Assembly (NCBI GenBank): GCA_017609385.1
Contig: JAFCEA010000001.1
Coordinates: 1-48,242 of the forward strand
DNA from: Candidatus Woesearchaeota archaeon
GTDB taxonomy: Archaea; Nanobdellota; Nanobdellia; Woesearchaeales; CG1-02-33-12
Reading direction: 5' to 3'
Length of the DNA stretch: 48,242 bases
The position numbers were made by a program, and so were the translations under genes. How positions within the stretch are numbered: position 1 is the stretch's first letter; each line of letters starts with the position of its first letter. The notes under the pieces are model-generated. The model ran no database searches and had not been told where the DNA came from. It worked only from the letters and a program-made list of their open reading frames with translations. This document shows, one piece after another, positions 19,747 to 28,666 of this stretch.

Positions 19747-21819
19747 ATGGAAAACAATAATAATCACACTAAAACGCAGCTCATGACATCCTTTGGGGAT
19801 CTTGTTGAGCTAAGGGAAATAAAAATAAAAGATTCTTTAATAAAGGAAACTTCTATATCAGAAGAAAATGCAAAAAAAATTTCTCATGAGGCATATAATG
19901 AATTAATAAAACTTGATATACCAAAAACAACAACTATTGTAAGAGAGATTGTATGTATGAAGCTTCTGGAATCAAATCTTCTTAATGAAAACAAGGAATA
20001 TTCAAGGCTTGGAATGTCTGTTTCTGATGTCAAAGAGGTTATTTTCAAAAAGTTTAAAGAAAATGCCAATACAAACTATAATCTCCAGACAATACATAAA
20101 AGACTGGCAGATTCTATTTCTGCACAATACACACTATCTTACCTCTTGCCAAAAAAAGCTTCAAAAGCACATATGAAAGGTGAGATTCATATTCATGATT
20201 TGGATTATTTTCCAACAAGGCCATTTTGTTTTGAGCATGACATAAGGTTCTTCCTTAGACAGGGATTTATGTCAGACGGCAAAGGCATTCATACAGCTGT
20301 TTCAGGTCCTGCTAAGTCATTAGAGGTTGCCATGATACATGCTGCCAGGGTTTTACTCTTAAGCTCAACATATTTCTCAGGTGGTCAGGGATATGATGCA
20401 TTAAACCTTTTCTTGGCTCCTTATGCAAAAGGCCTTGAATACAAAAAAATAAAGCAGGCTGTTCAGGCATTTGTATATGAGCTTGATCAGCTTGATGTTG
20501 TCAAGGGAGGACAGACACCATTTACATCAGCAAGCTTTGAGTTCAATGTTCCATCTTACCTAAGGGATATTCCAGTAGTGTTGCCAGGTGGAAAGATAAC
20601 AGAAAAAGAATCATATCTTGACTATCTTGATGAGTCAAGGAAAATAATAAAGGCCTTTACAGAGGTTATGATTGATGGTGATTATAACAAAAAAGCATTT
20701 CACTTTCCAAAACCAGAGTACAAGATAAGGAAGGAAACACTTAAGGACAGTTCTGCAGATGAGCTTTTGTTTGATGTTCATAAGCTTGTTGCAAAATATG
20801 GCTCTCCCTATTTTCTTAACATGGCTGCACCATATATGCCTGAGGCCTTGCAAAGCCAGTGCTGCAGGTATTTTCTAAGGCCAGATGGTGATTTCTGGGA
20901 GGAGATAAAAACCGGGAATGTCCGCTCAGGCTCTTTGCAGACAGTAACAATAAATCTTCCAAATATTAGCTATAATGCAAAAGACGAATCTAATGTTTAT
21001 GAACTGATTGATGAAAGAATTAACATGACAAAGCATATATTTAATGTAAAGAGAAAATGTATAAAAGAGGTTATGAAAAGTGGATATGCATCTTTCCTTT
21101 CAATGGATTGTTATGGTAAGCCATACTATAAGCTAGATCAGGCAACAAATTCGATTGGTTTTATAGGCCTTAATGAAATGGTTAAAAAAATAACTGGCCA
21201 TGAGATGCACGAATCAAGGGATTCATGGAAATTTGGCTTAAAGATAATCAAATATATGTCAGATGCAGTTAATAAGAAGAAAGATGAAACAGGGCAAAGG
21301 TGGGGAATGGTCCAGACACCTGCTGAGTCAGCAACATTCAGGCTTGCCAACTTTGACTTAGAGAAATATAAGGACAAGGCTGTTGTTCAGGGTGATAGAA
21401 AAACAGGGGATGTTTATTACACAAACTCATCTCATGTCAATTATTCAGCTGACATATCATTATTTAAGAGGCTTGAGATAGATTCCTCATTCCACCCCCT
21501 GGTTCAGGGTGGTGCAATATCACACATATTTTTAGGTGAGAATAATCCAGACCCAGATGCTTTATTAAAGCTGACAAGAAGAATATGCTCCAATACATTA
21601 ACCTCTTATTTTGCTTATACAAAAGATATGACATATTGCAACTCATGTAAAAGAACAATTAGCGGTATTTATGAAAAATGCCCAAATTGCGGAGCAAAAG
21701 ACGATAATATTCAGTGGTACTCAAGAGTAACAGGGTATTACACACCTGTTAAGTCATGGAACAAAGGCAAGTTAAAGGAATTTATGGATAGACATAAATA
21801 CAATCTAAAAGGCATATAA
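19747..21819 (+). CDS. nrdD: Anaerobic ribonucleoside-triphosphate reductase (class III RNR)
   Basis: C-terminal Zn ribbon CNSC...CPNCG followed by the glycyl-radical motif SRVTGYY. The large NrdD core is present. The ATG at 19747, just after the dut stop, is preferred over the overlapping upstream start. Confidence 0.92.
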   Translation: MENNNNHTKTQLMTSFGDLVELREIKIKDSLIKETSISEENAKKISHEAYNELIKLDIPKTTTIVREIVCMKLLESNLLNENKEYSRLGMSVSDVKEVIFKKFKENANTNYNLQTIHKRLADSISAQYTLSYLLPKKASKAHMKGEIHIHDLDYFPTRPFCFEHDIRFFLRQGFMSDGKGIHTAVSGPAKSLEVAMIHAARVLLLSSTYFSGGQGYDALNLFLAPYAKGLEYKKIKQAVQAFVYELDQLDVVKGGQTPFTSASFEFNVPSYLRDIPVVLPGGKITEKESYLDYLDESRKIIKAFTEVMIDGDYNKKAFHFPKPEYKIRKETLKDSSADELLFDVHKLVAKYGSPYFLNMAAPYMPEALQSQCCRYFLRPDGDFWEEIKTGNVRSGSLQTVTINLPNISYNAKDESNVYELIDERINMTKHIFNVKRKCIKEVMKSGYASFLSMDCYGKPYYKLDQATNSIGFIGLNEMVKKITGHEMHESRDSWKFGLKIIKYMSDAVNKKKDETGQRWGMVQTPAESATFRLANFDLEKYKDKAVVQGDRKTGDVYYTNSSHVNYSADISLFKRLEIDSSFHPLVQGGAISHIFLGENNPDPDALLKLTRRICSNTLTSYFAYTKDMTYCNSCKRTISGIYEKCPNCGAKDDNIQWYSRVTGYYTPVKSWNKGKLKEFMDRHKYNLKGI

Positions 21820-21820
21820 A

Positions 21821-22195
21821 ATGAAGCTAATATTATTTACAGGAATAAATTGTCCAAAGTGCCCAAATGCAAGAAAGCTTGTAAGACAAGCAGCAAAAGA
21901 GCTTGGGTGGATTGAAGGAAAGGATTTTGTTGAAAAGCTTATTGACGGCCAGGATTTAAAAACTCCATCTATTACTGAGCTTGAAGGCAATAAATTACAT
22001 GTTGTCTCATCTGAAGATGAAATAACAAAGGATAATGTTCCAGCAGCAATAGGTGGCAAGGATCTAACAGTTGAGGCATTGATGTATCAGATTGCATCAA
22101 CACCTTCTATTGTGATAAATGAAAGGGCAGTTTTCAAGGGAGAGGTTCCATCAAAGGATGAACTTCTAAAAGAGATAAAAAAGGTGGAAGAATGA
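21821..22195 (+). CDS. Glutaredoxin/thioredoxin-like redoxin (CPKC active site), NrdH-like
   Basis: The N-terminus LFTGINCPKCPNARKL has a CxxC motif at the expected position. It sits between nrdD and nrdG. Confidence 0.7.
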   Translation: MKLILFTGINCPKCPNARKLVRQAAKELGWIEGKDFVEKLIDGQDLKTPSITELEGNKLHVVSSEDEITKDNVPAAIGGKDLTVEALMYQIASTPSIVINERAVFKGEVPSKDELLKEIKKVEE

Positions 22196-22296
22196 AGAAT
22201 GGCATAAAATATAAAACAGCAAAGAAAAACACAAAATTATTTGAGTTCATCGAGGAAGAAGAGACTAAGAAATTATCTAAAGATAAAAAAAGTTAG
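22192..22296 (+). CDS. Possible 34-aa micro-ORF between the redoxin gene and nrdG
   Basis: Its ATG overlaps the redoxin stop (ATGA). It reads MKNGIKYKTAKKNTKLFEFIEEEETKKLSKDKKS and fills an otherwise empty 109-nt gap. No homology can be judged. Confidence 0.25.
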   Translation: MKNGIKYKTAKKNTKLFEFIEEEETKKLSKDKKS

Positions 22297-22304
22297 GGGT
22301 TTAA

Positions 22305-23054
22305 ATGCAGGCATATGTTGGTGGGATAGTTCCCTTATCAACAGTTGACTGGTCAGCTAATGTTTGCACAGTAATCTTTTTTTCAGGATGTGACTTCAAG
22401 TGTTGTTATTGCTACAATAAGAATTTTATAGATTTTAAAGAGGAATTCTTAAAAGATTTAAATGATATCAAAAAAGAGATAACAAAAAATTCTGATTTTA
22501 TTGATGCTGTTCTTTTCTCAGGAGGCGAAGCATGCCTTCAGAGGCAGGCATTACTAACCTTAGCAAGATTTACAAAAAAACTTGGTTTAAAGGTTGGAAT
22601 TGAAACTAATGGCTCAAAGCCCTATTCAATAAGATCGTTAATAAATGAAAATTTATTGGATTTTATTGCTTTAGATATAAAAGCTCCTTTTAAAAAAGAG
22701 ATTTTCGAAAGGGTTACACAATCAGGGACTTTTTTTAAAAGACCGGAAGATGTTATCAAGGATATTAAACAAACACTCAAAATATTAAAGAGGAATCAGG
22801 ATAAGATCCAGATAGAGTTGAGGACAACTGTTGTTCCAGGAGTTATTTTCAGAAAGCAGGATATTTTGGAGATCGCTGAAGAAATCAATGGATTAAACTG
22901 CAGATGGGTCTTGCAACCATTTATATCTAATAAAGGCACACTTGACCCAAAGATGAATAGTATAGAATCACCAACAAAAAAATTCTTAGAAAATCTAAAA
23001 AAAGAATGCCAAAAAAAATACAGCAAACTAAGAATTGATATTAAAACTGTATGA
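22305..23054 (+). CDS. nrdG: Anaerobic RNR activating protein (radical SAM)
   Basis: The CDFKCCYC CxxxCxxC cluster after a VDWSANV-type motif, GGE, and its position next to nrdD. Confidence 0.85.
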   Translation: MQAYVGGIVPLSTVDWSANVCTVIFFSGCDFKCCYCYNKNFIDFKEEFLKDLNDIKKEITKNSDFIDAVLFSGGEACLQRQALLTLARFTKKLGLKVGIETNGSKPYSIRSLINENLLDFIALDIKAPFKKEIFERVTQSGTFFKRPEDVIKDIKQTLKILKRNQDKIQIELRTTVVPGVIFRKQDILEIAEEINGLNCRWVLQPFISNKGTLDPKMNSIESPTKKFLENLKKECQKKYSKLRIDIKTV

Positions 23055-23055
23055 T

Positions 23056-23778
23056 TTAGTTTTCTTTAAGGAAATCTTCCCATATTTTTATTGCTTCTTT
23101 TTCTGTTTCCTCAACTGTTTTTGGAAAGTTTGTATCTAGATAAACAATCCTGGAACCATGGCTCTCGAACAGGTTTTTTAACCACTGGCTGTTGTACCTT
23201 TGCTCAACCTTTCTCTGAAAGTTTATCTCTTCAAAAATAGCCTTATCATGTTTTTGTCTCTGGCTTAGTCTTTGCATAACTGTTTCTGGTGCAACCTGTG
23301 CTATTATCAACAGGTTTGGAGAATTCTGCAATGCAAGCTTATTGCCTGGCAGTCTCATAATCTCTGTTAAGGGTATATTACCCTGAACAGGCTGGTAGAC
23401 AATAGAGCTTATAACACCCCTTTCCTGAAAAATATATTTATTTTGTTTTAAGGCAGGAATAATAACCATTTTGTAAAGTATTTCCCTATCAATGGAAAAT
23501 GCGTGTGCTGTAGAGGTTATTGAATAGTTGCGGTTGTTTTTTCTTACTATTTCTTCTCTTAAAGCACGCCCAACCCAGCAATAGCTCATCTCACAGGAAA
23601 CAATTACATCAAAGTCATTTATCTCTTCAGGCTCTGGAAACCTGTTTTTTTCCTTGCAATATGTCCTTAGATCAAATATCTTAAGCTGTTTTTGCTCAGC
23701 CCATTTTTTCAGGGCATTAACAATAACTCCCTTACCAGAACCGTCAAGGCCGTCAACCATCACAAACCTTTTCTTCAT
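23056..23778 (-). CDS. Thymidylate-kinase-family P-loop (deoxy)nucleotide kinase
   Basis: P-loop DGLDGSGKG and a Tmk-like layout, adjacent to dut/nrdDG. Substrate is not determinable. Confidence 0.65.
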   Translation of the reverse strand: MKKRFVMVDGLDGSGKGVIVNALKKWAEQKQLKIFDLRTYCKEKNRFPEPEEINDFDVIVSCEMSYCWVGRALREEIVRKNNRNYSITSTAHAFSIDREILYKMVIIPALKQNKYIFQERGVISSIVYQPVQGNIPLTEIMRLPGNKLALQNSPNLLIIAQVAPETVMQRLSQRQKHDKAIFEEINFQRKVEQRYNSQWLKNLFESHGSRIVYLDTNFPKTVEETEKEAIKIWEDFLKEN

Positions 23779-23837
23779 ATGAGAATTATTTGTAATAATC
23801 TATTTAAATCTTTTGAAAATCAGAAGTTTTATATTTT

Positions 23838-24437
23838 TTATCTAGAAGCATCTGCCTGTCTTTCAAGATCAAGTTTCTTTTTAATTGCATTTGATGAATT
23901 ACTTAACTGGTAGGCAGCTATTATCTCATCAGCAAGTGCATTAACAGCTTCTTTCTTGGAGTTGAAGGATTTTGTAAAAGCACCCTGAACCATATATCTC
24001 AATGCAAGATCAACCCTTCTTTGAGGAGCACACTCAACAGCCTTTGGATAACGTGCTCCACCATATTCTATTGTTATTATTTCTTCCCTTGGTGCTGCAT
24101 TCTCCAGTGCCTTGACAAAAACAGCGATTGGATTCTGTTTTGTCCTGTTTTCAATGATTTTAAATGTTTCCTCAACAAGAGAATATGCTGATTGGCTCTT
24201 CCCTGTTGATTTGTATGAAGTTATAAAGTGCTTTTTTCCTTTGTGTCCTGGTATCATTATTTTGTTTATTAATCTCTCAACAATAAATGTCTTTGATTTG
24301 TGGAACCTTGCACCAGCATATCTTGCACCTGTCTTTGGTATTATCTTTGGCTCTAGATTAATGTATCTCTTTAACCCAGGATCCTCTACTTTTATTCCAT
24401 TTATACTCCATCTGTTAAATACCTTTATATCTTCCAT
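23838..24437 (-). CDS. rps7: 30S ribosomal protein S7 (uS7)
   Basis: The full-length archaeal S7 pattern (RFHKSK..., IVERLINKIM, YGGARYPKAV, ALRYMVQGA). Confidence 0.92.
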   Translation of the reverse strand: MEDIKVFNRWSINGIKVEDPGLKRYINLEPKIIPKTGARYAGARFHKSKTFIVERLINKIMIPGHKGKKHFITSYKSTGKSQSAYSLVEETFKIIENRTKQNPIAVFVKALENAAPREEIITIEYGGARYPKAVECAPQRRVDLALRYMVQGAFTKSFNSKKEAVNALADEIIAAYQLSNSSNAIKKKLDLERQADASR

Positions 24438-24518
24438 TTTAATGCTTATTTCATAGAGGGGGGTTTGAGTTCATATTTAAAGCTTTCTGTGGTGATACAA
24501 AAAATAAAGTTAAAAAAG

Positions 24519-24619
24519 AATAAAAATTCTTATGAACATACTTTTGTCATGTAGCTTGATTCGGGATTTGTATTAATTATGTGCTCATTAGAATAATAGA
24601 CTTTATTAAGAACAGTCAT
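24519..24619. repeat. Direct repeat copy A (101 bp): an orphan copy of the 3' end of gene 27444-28118
   Basis: Base-for-base identical to 27433-27533 by direct comparison. On the minus strand it encodes MTVLNKVYYSNEHIINTNPESSYMTKVCS-stop. Confidence 0.95.
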
Positions 24620-24641
24620 TATAAATGCATTCTGTCTTACC

Positions 24642-25235
24642 TTAAAGGATATATTCTAATGTTTTGCTGGTTACAGCTATTTTATCCTGATGAGAATCAA
24701 TTCTGTAGATTCTACGCTCCAAAGAAACTGCATCAATGGCTACTCTAAAGTTATTTAAATAGCACTCAAATTCAGGGGTTATACCTAAAAGCCGTTTCTT
24801 GATTAATTCCATGCCAGCAAAATAGATTATATGAAAATCCTCTATAGGAACATAATGAATATCTTGGCAGAGTGTATCAACAATTTTTTTGGATTCCTCA
24901 AATGTTCTAGTTCTTATAAGGCGAGCGATTGCTGATGACTTTATTGTAACATATCCCCTATCCAAAAGAACAATATCACTCTCTATATTTTGACACAAAT
25001 CATTCCTTCTTTTTGCACCGACAATATTAATTTTAACAATCTCTCTTGGATCCTTTGAAACATACCAGCCCTTTCTTTCTTCAAGAGATTGCGGATAATC
25101 TGAATTAAAATACACTACAGAGTCAGGGATAAAAACTCCTAATCCTTTCTTTGAGAAATGATCATTCAGCAGTTTTACCTGTGTGCTTTTCCCAACACCA
25201 TCTATGCCACCAATCTCAATTATTGTTTTTTTCAT
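24642..25235 (-). CDS. Thymidylate-kinase-family P-loop kinase (island gene 4)
   Basis: GGIDGVGKST P-loop and the LLDRGY (DR[YH]-like) motif. 197 aa. Its start overlaps the NUDIX stop (ATGA). Confidence 0.7.
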   Translation of the reverse strand: MKKTIIEIGGIDGVGKSTQVKLLNDHFSKKGLGVFIPDSVVYFNSDYPQSLEERKGWYVSKDPREIVKINIVGAKRRNDLCQNIESDIVLLDRGYVTIKSSAIARLIRTRTFEESKKIVDTLCQDIHYVPIEDFHIIYFAGMELIKKRLLGITPEFECYLNNFRVAIDAVSLERRIYRIDSHQDKIAVTSKTLEYIL

Positions 25236-25651
25236 TTCAAAAGCTCTGCATTTATCTTCTTAAATAGATCTTTTAAAGTCCTGAATGGAAGACGCCTTAA
25301 TACAGTTCCATAATCATAAAATCCAAATTCAGAATGTTCAGATCCTATATGAATCTCATCTTCAGACAGCTTAACATAAAACACTGCAAGTTCATGTCTA
25401 ATAAGCTCATCATCTTTCTTTGATTCAAAGGAATAGGTATATTTTGATTTTATAGCTGAAGTTATTGATAATGACGCCTCCTCCTTGACCTCGCGGAACA
25501 GAGCTTGTTCATCAGTCTCATCGGCTTCTTTACCGCCTTTCAGAAACTCATATCCAACCCAGCCTTCTTTTCTCTTGAACAAGGCATATAATATTTTCTT
25601 GTTTTCTTTTTTATATAATATTGCTAAAATTCCTTTTTTTATTTTGACCAT
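25232..25651 (-). CDS. NUDIX hydrolase (island gene 3)
   Basis: The Nudix box reads GGKEADETDEQALFREVKEEASL, i.e. G-x5-E-x7-REVxEE. Confidence 0.85.
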   Translation of the reverse strand: MVKIKKGILAILYKKENKKILYALFKRKEGWVGYEFLKGGKEADETDEQALFREVKEEASLSITSAIKSKYTYSFESKKDDELIRHELAVFYVKLSEDEIHIGSEHSEFGFYDYGTVLRRLPFRTLKDLFKKINAELLK

Positions 25652-25654
25652 TTT

Positions 25655-26269
25655 TCATTTATTAATAACCTTAACTATCAAAGATATAGCACTTTTGATA
25701 TTTTTATTCTCAATTACAGGAATAGTATATTTTCTTGCACAATCCACTAAAAAATCATTGAGTTCCCTAATTGCCTTAAAATTATCAAAGTAAAATTTTG
25801 GCTGCTGATAAGACTTTTTAAGCCTGTTGAGAATATTCCTTTTATGCTCTTTACTATTTACAGATAAGCAAACTGTTTGCACATTATTCTTTTTTATTAG
25901 TTTTTCTATTAAGTTTGGATGGAGATGTACTCCTTCCATGATAATGTTCCTTCCCCAAGAATCATTAATGTTTATTACACCAGAAATCTCTTTCTCAATC
26001 TGCTCCGAATATTTCTCGTATCCCAAAAGAATATTCTTTTGGCTCTGTTTTTTTCCAAATAGCTCCCAGGATTTAAAAGAATATGTGTTAATATACTGGT
26101 TCTTGGGTTCTTGGACTGCCTTTATTCCTCTTATTATATCCGTATCTATTACCTGCTCAATTCCAAGTTCTATAGCTAGTTTATAAGATATTGTAGATTT
26201 ACCTGAGACAGGTGCACCCATAATTAAAATTATTTTATTTCTTGACTTTTGGAATTGGCTTAAATTCAT
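25655..26269 (-). CDS. P-loop kinase resembling the 2-phosphoglycerate-kinase (COG2074) family (island gene 2)
   Basis: IMGAPVSGKSTISYKLAIELGI..VIDTDIIR...IIMEGVHLHP follows the 2PGK-like ATPase pattern. Confidence 0.65.
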   Translation of the reverse strand: MNLSQFQKSRNKIILIMGAPVSGKSTISYKLAIELGIEQVIDTDIIRGIKAVQEPKNQYINTYSFKSWELFGKKQSQKNILLGYEKYSEQIEKEISGVININDSWGRNIIMEGVHLHPNLIEKLIKKNNVQTVCLSVNSKEHKRNILNRLKKSYQQPKFYFDNFKAIRELNDFLVDCARKYTIPVIENKNIKSAISLIVKVINK

Positions 26270-27038
26270 TTTGGTTTACCTTAACTAATCCTCTTGAATA
26301 ATCCTTACAAAAATAGCAAAAATCCATTATAAACTGCAAATCAGCTGATTTTTCTTCTTTGGAGCTTTGCAATTCTTTCTTTGATTTGTTGGAGATTGTA
26401 AGCAACCTATATCCAAGTTGTGCATCTATATTTTTTGAAAATGAATTTATAATATCCTCTTTCTGCGATGTATATATGCCTTTCAGTAAAAGGGTTGTTT
26501 TTGCGATGACAAAAGATATGTTTATACATTTATGATATGAAGACAATGATTTGTAGAGCTCTGTAATCAATTCAGATATATTAGAGTAAAGCTCAAAGGG
26601 GTGGTATTGAGCAGTATACCCTTCCAAATCTGCTTTTAAATCCTTACCATAAATTCTTTGAGAATTAAGAATATCATAAAGGAAAGATGTTCTTTTCTTT
26701 CCATGTGTATGCGCCTTGAATATTTTAATATCCTCCTTGAGATCATTTATCTCAGAATAACACGTTGAAATCTTTATTCCACTCTTTTTACTGATCCGGC
26801 TTATATTTTCCTCTAATGTATGTATATCTTCAAAAGAGGGTTTCTCAACAATCAAGGATAAATCTATATCACTGTATCTAAAATCAAAGTTTTTGGTATA
26901 ATAACTGCCAGCACTATATACTGAATAAAGCGAAGGGCAATTAGTAAATGCCTGATAAAGTATTTGTCTTAATTCTTTTGATTTATTCATAGCTTTTTTT
27001 AAAACAAATTTCTCGTTAGGTTCTACATCTATGTTCAT
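26235..27038 (-). CDS. Pol-beta-superfamily nucleotidyltransferase with a helical C-terminal domain (island gene 1)
   Basis: YSAGSYYTKNFDFRYSDIDLSLIV gives the G-S ... D-x-D minimal NTase signature. The C-terminal ~150 aa are helical. It overlaps the next gene by 35 nt. Confidence 0.7.
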   Translation of the reverse strand: MNIDVEPNEKFVLKKAMNKSKELRQILYQAFTNCPSLYSVYSAGSYYTKNFDFRYSDIDLSLIVEKPSFEDIHTLEENISRISKKSGIKISTCYSEINDLKEDIKIFKAHTHGKKRTSFLYDILNSQRIYGKDLKADLEGYTAQYHPFELYSNISELITELYKSLSSYHKCINISFVIAKTTLLLKGIYTSQKEDIINSFSKNIDAQLGYRLLTISNKSKKELQSSKEEKSADLQFIMDFCYFCKDYSRGLVKVNQNEFKPIPKVKK

Positions 27039-27432
27039 TATTATTTTTCCTCTCTTTTTGCTCAGACTTTTAAATTATATAGCCAATGGTGTTTTATCCT
27101 TTAAATCAATATAAATTATATTATTATTCCTTTGTTTTTGAGATTGTCAATAACACAACAACTATTTCTGTTTAACCTGTCTTCTTCTACAATAAAGTTA
27201 CCCCTTTCATTTCAAACTTTCAATTATATAGGTTATTTTGCATATCTAACCTATTTAAATATTTTGGTTATAAATCCCCAAGATTTTCAACAGTGCTGGA
27301 AATAATAGTATTTCATATAAAGTTTTCATGTGTCTTGTTCTTTGGGTAGCCTGCTTCTTTTTTTCTTTTATTTTAAAAGTAGTGGATTATCATTCTAAGA
27401 TGCTAGATTATATAAAATCAAGGAAAAGAAGA

Positions 27433-27533
27433 AATAAAAATTCTTATGAACATACTTTTGTCATGTAGCTTGATTCGGGATTTGTATTAATTATGTGCTC
27501 ATTAGAATAATAGACTTTATTAAGAACAGTCAT
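27433..27533. repeat. Direct repeat copy B (101 bp): the genuine 3' end (29 codons, stop and 11 nt) of gene 27444-28118
   Basis: Identical to 24519-24619. Confidence 0.95.
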
Positions 27534-28118
27534 ATTAAATCTTAGTCTGAACAGATAAACTTTGTTTTTCTCAAGATTAAAGTCAGCGTCAGTAGTGCAT
27601 TCATCACAGATTTCAAAGTATTTATATCTCTCAAACAGGCCATCCATCTTATAAACTTCCTTGTATTCCTGGTTAACATCCTCTTTAACCTCAAATGCAA
27701 TGTCTTTTGGAAGAACCCCTGTCTTAAAATAAACAAAGCCTCCATTTTTCCCTTTTATGCATGCTGGCTTTACTGTCACATTAACTATTGATGTGCCTTC
27801 CTCATTAGTCAGGATTGGCTCAAAATATGTATTTAATTCTATTTCAGGGATAGTTTCACACTCATTAGAATTATCAACCACCCTCTTATCAGGGCATACA
27901 TATTTTGTTAAAGTTATTGTTTCTGTCTCTGTTTTTGTTTTCTCAGGGCATAATGAGCAGTCCATGACACAATCAGGGCATTTTTCACATATGCATTCAG
28001 GGCATTCAGGGCATTCTGCTGGTTTCTGAAATATAAAAGCAAACACAAGAACAATTACTATAACTACAAACGATGTAATGTATGGCATATCCTCTTTTTT
28101 AAAGATTCCTTTTTTCAT
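27444..28118 (-). CDS. Membrane-anchored Cys-rich extracellular protein (hypothetical)
   Basis: N-terminal TM helix, then ECPECPECICEKCPDCVMDCSLCPE. It carries the motif KYVCPDKRVVDNSNEC, shared with gene 30298-31011. Confidence 0.65.
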   Translation of the reverse strand: MKKGIFKKEDMPYITSFVVIVIVLVFAFIFQKPAECPECPECICEKCPDCVMDCSLCPEKTKTETETITLTKYVCPDKRVVDNSNECETIPEIELNTYFEPILTNEEGTSIVNVTVKPACIKGKNGGFVYFKTGVLPKDIAFEVKEDVNQEYKEVYKMDGLFERYKYFEICDECTTDADFNLEKNKVYLFRLRFNMTVLNKVYYSNEHIINTNPESSYMTKVCS

Positions 28119-28147
28119 AATTTTCCCCCATCTAAGTCCTTAAGACA

Positions 28148-28666
28148 TTACTGTTTAAGAGCAGGTATATTCAACGTCTCATCCTTATTCAGGAGAGATA
28201 TTGCTGCATCATTGCCTATGATGTCAACCCTTATTATCTTGTCTGGATTTTTTAAGTCCACTTTTGGCCTGTCAACAACTTCTGTAAGCTTCATTATAAG
28301 CTCTGTTGTGTGGTATTTTTCATAGCATCTTTTTGCTATATCCATCTTCCACTTATCCTTTTCATCAATACCCTTAACAAGCCCTTTTATTGTTTTCTGC
28401 ATGTCTTCAATAGTTGACTTGCACCAGTTGTCCACAGGAACCCAGTGGAATGTCATCCTAAACATAGAAGTGTCCTTTTTGCATGTTTTCACTAATTTCC
28501 TTATGGTTTCTTTTGGTTCTTTTATTGTTATCTGAAATAAGCCCTCTATCTCTGATTTCAAGAACTCTGGTTCTACTTTAAGCTGTTTTAAAACAGCAAT
28601 TATTTCTTCCTTGGCCAGACCTGCATGATTTGGATCATGTGTTACAAGTAGATTTGCTTTTGCCAT
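28148..28666 (-). CDS. THUMP-domain RNA-binding protein (COG1818-like)
   Basis: NLLVTHDPNH..., the PVDNWC block and VDLKNPDKIIRVDIIGNDAAISLL match the standalone archaeal THUMP family layout. Confidence 0.7.
   Translation of the reverse strand: MAKANLLVTHDPNHAGLAKEEIIAVLKQLKVEPEFLKSEIEGLFQITIKEPKETIRKLVKTCKKDTSMFRMTFHWVPVDNWCKSTIEDMQKTIKGLVKGIDEKDKWKMDIAKRCYEKYHTTELIMKLTEVVDRPKVDLKNPDKIIRVDIIGNDAAISLLNKDETLNIPALKQ

Noticed and set aside
23838-24437. rps7 sits alone, without the usual rps12 upstream or the EF-2/EF-1alpha genes downstream.
   Set aside because: This is real but unremarkable in fragmented, reduced genomes. It is noted only as context for the adjacent insert and not treated as a finding.
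24438-27443. I looked for an integrase, transposase, inverted terminal repeats or a tRNA target that would explain the repeat-bounded insert.
   Set aside because: None is present. All four ORFs have other assignable folds, and the non-coding parts have no long ORF remnants visible by eye. I therefore do not call it a defined mobile element, only a repeat-flanked insert.
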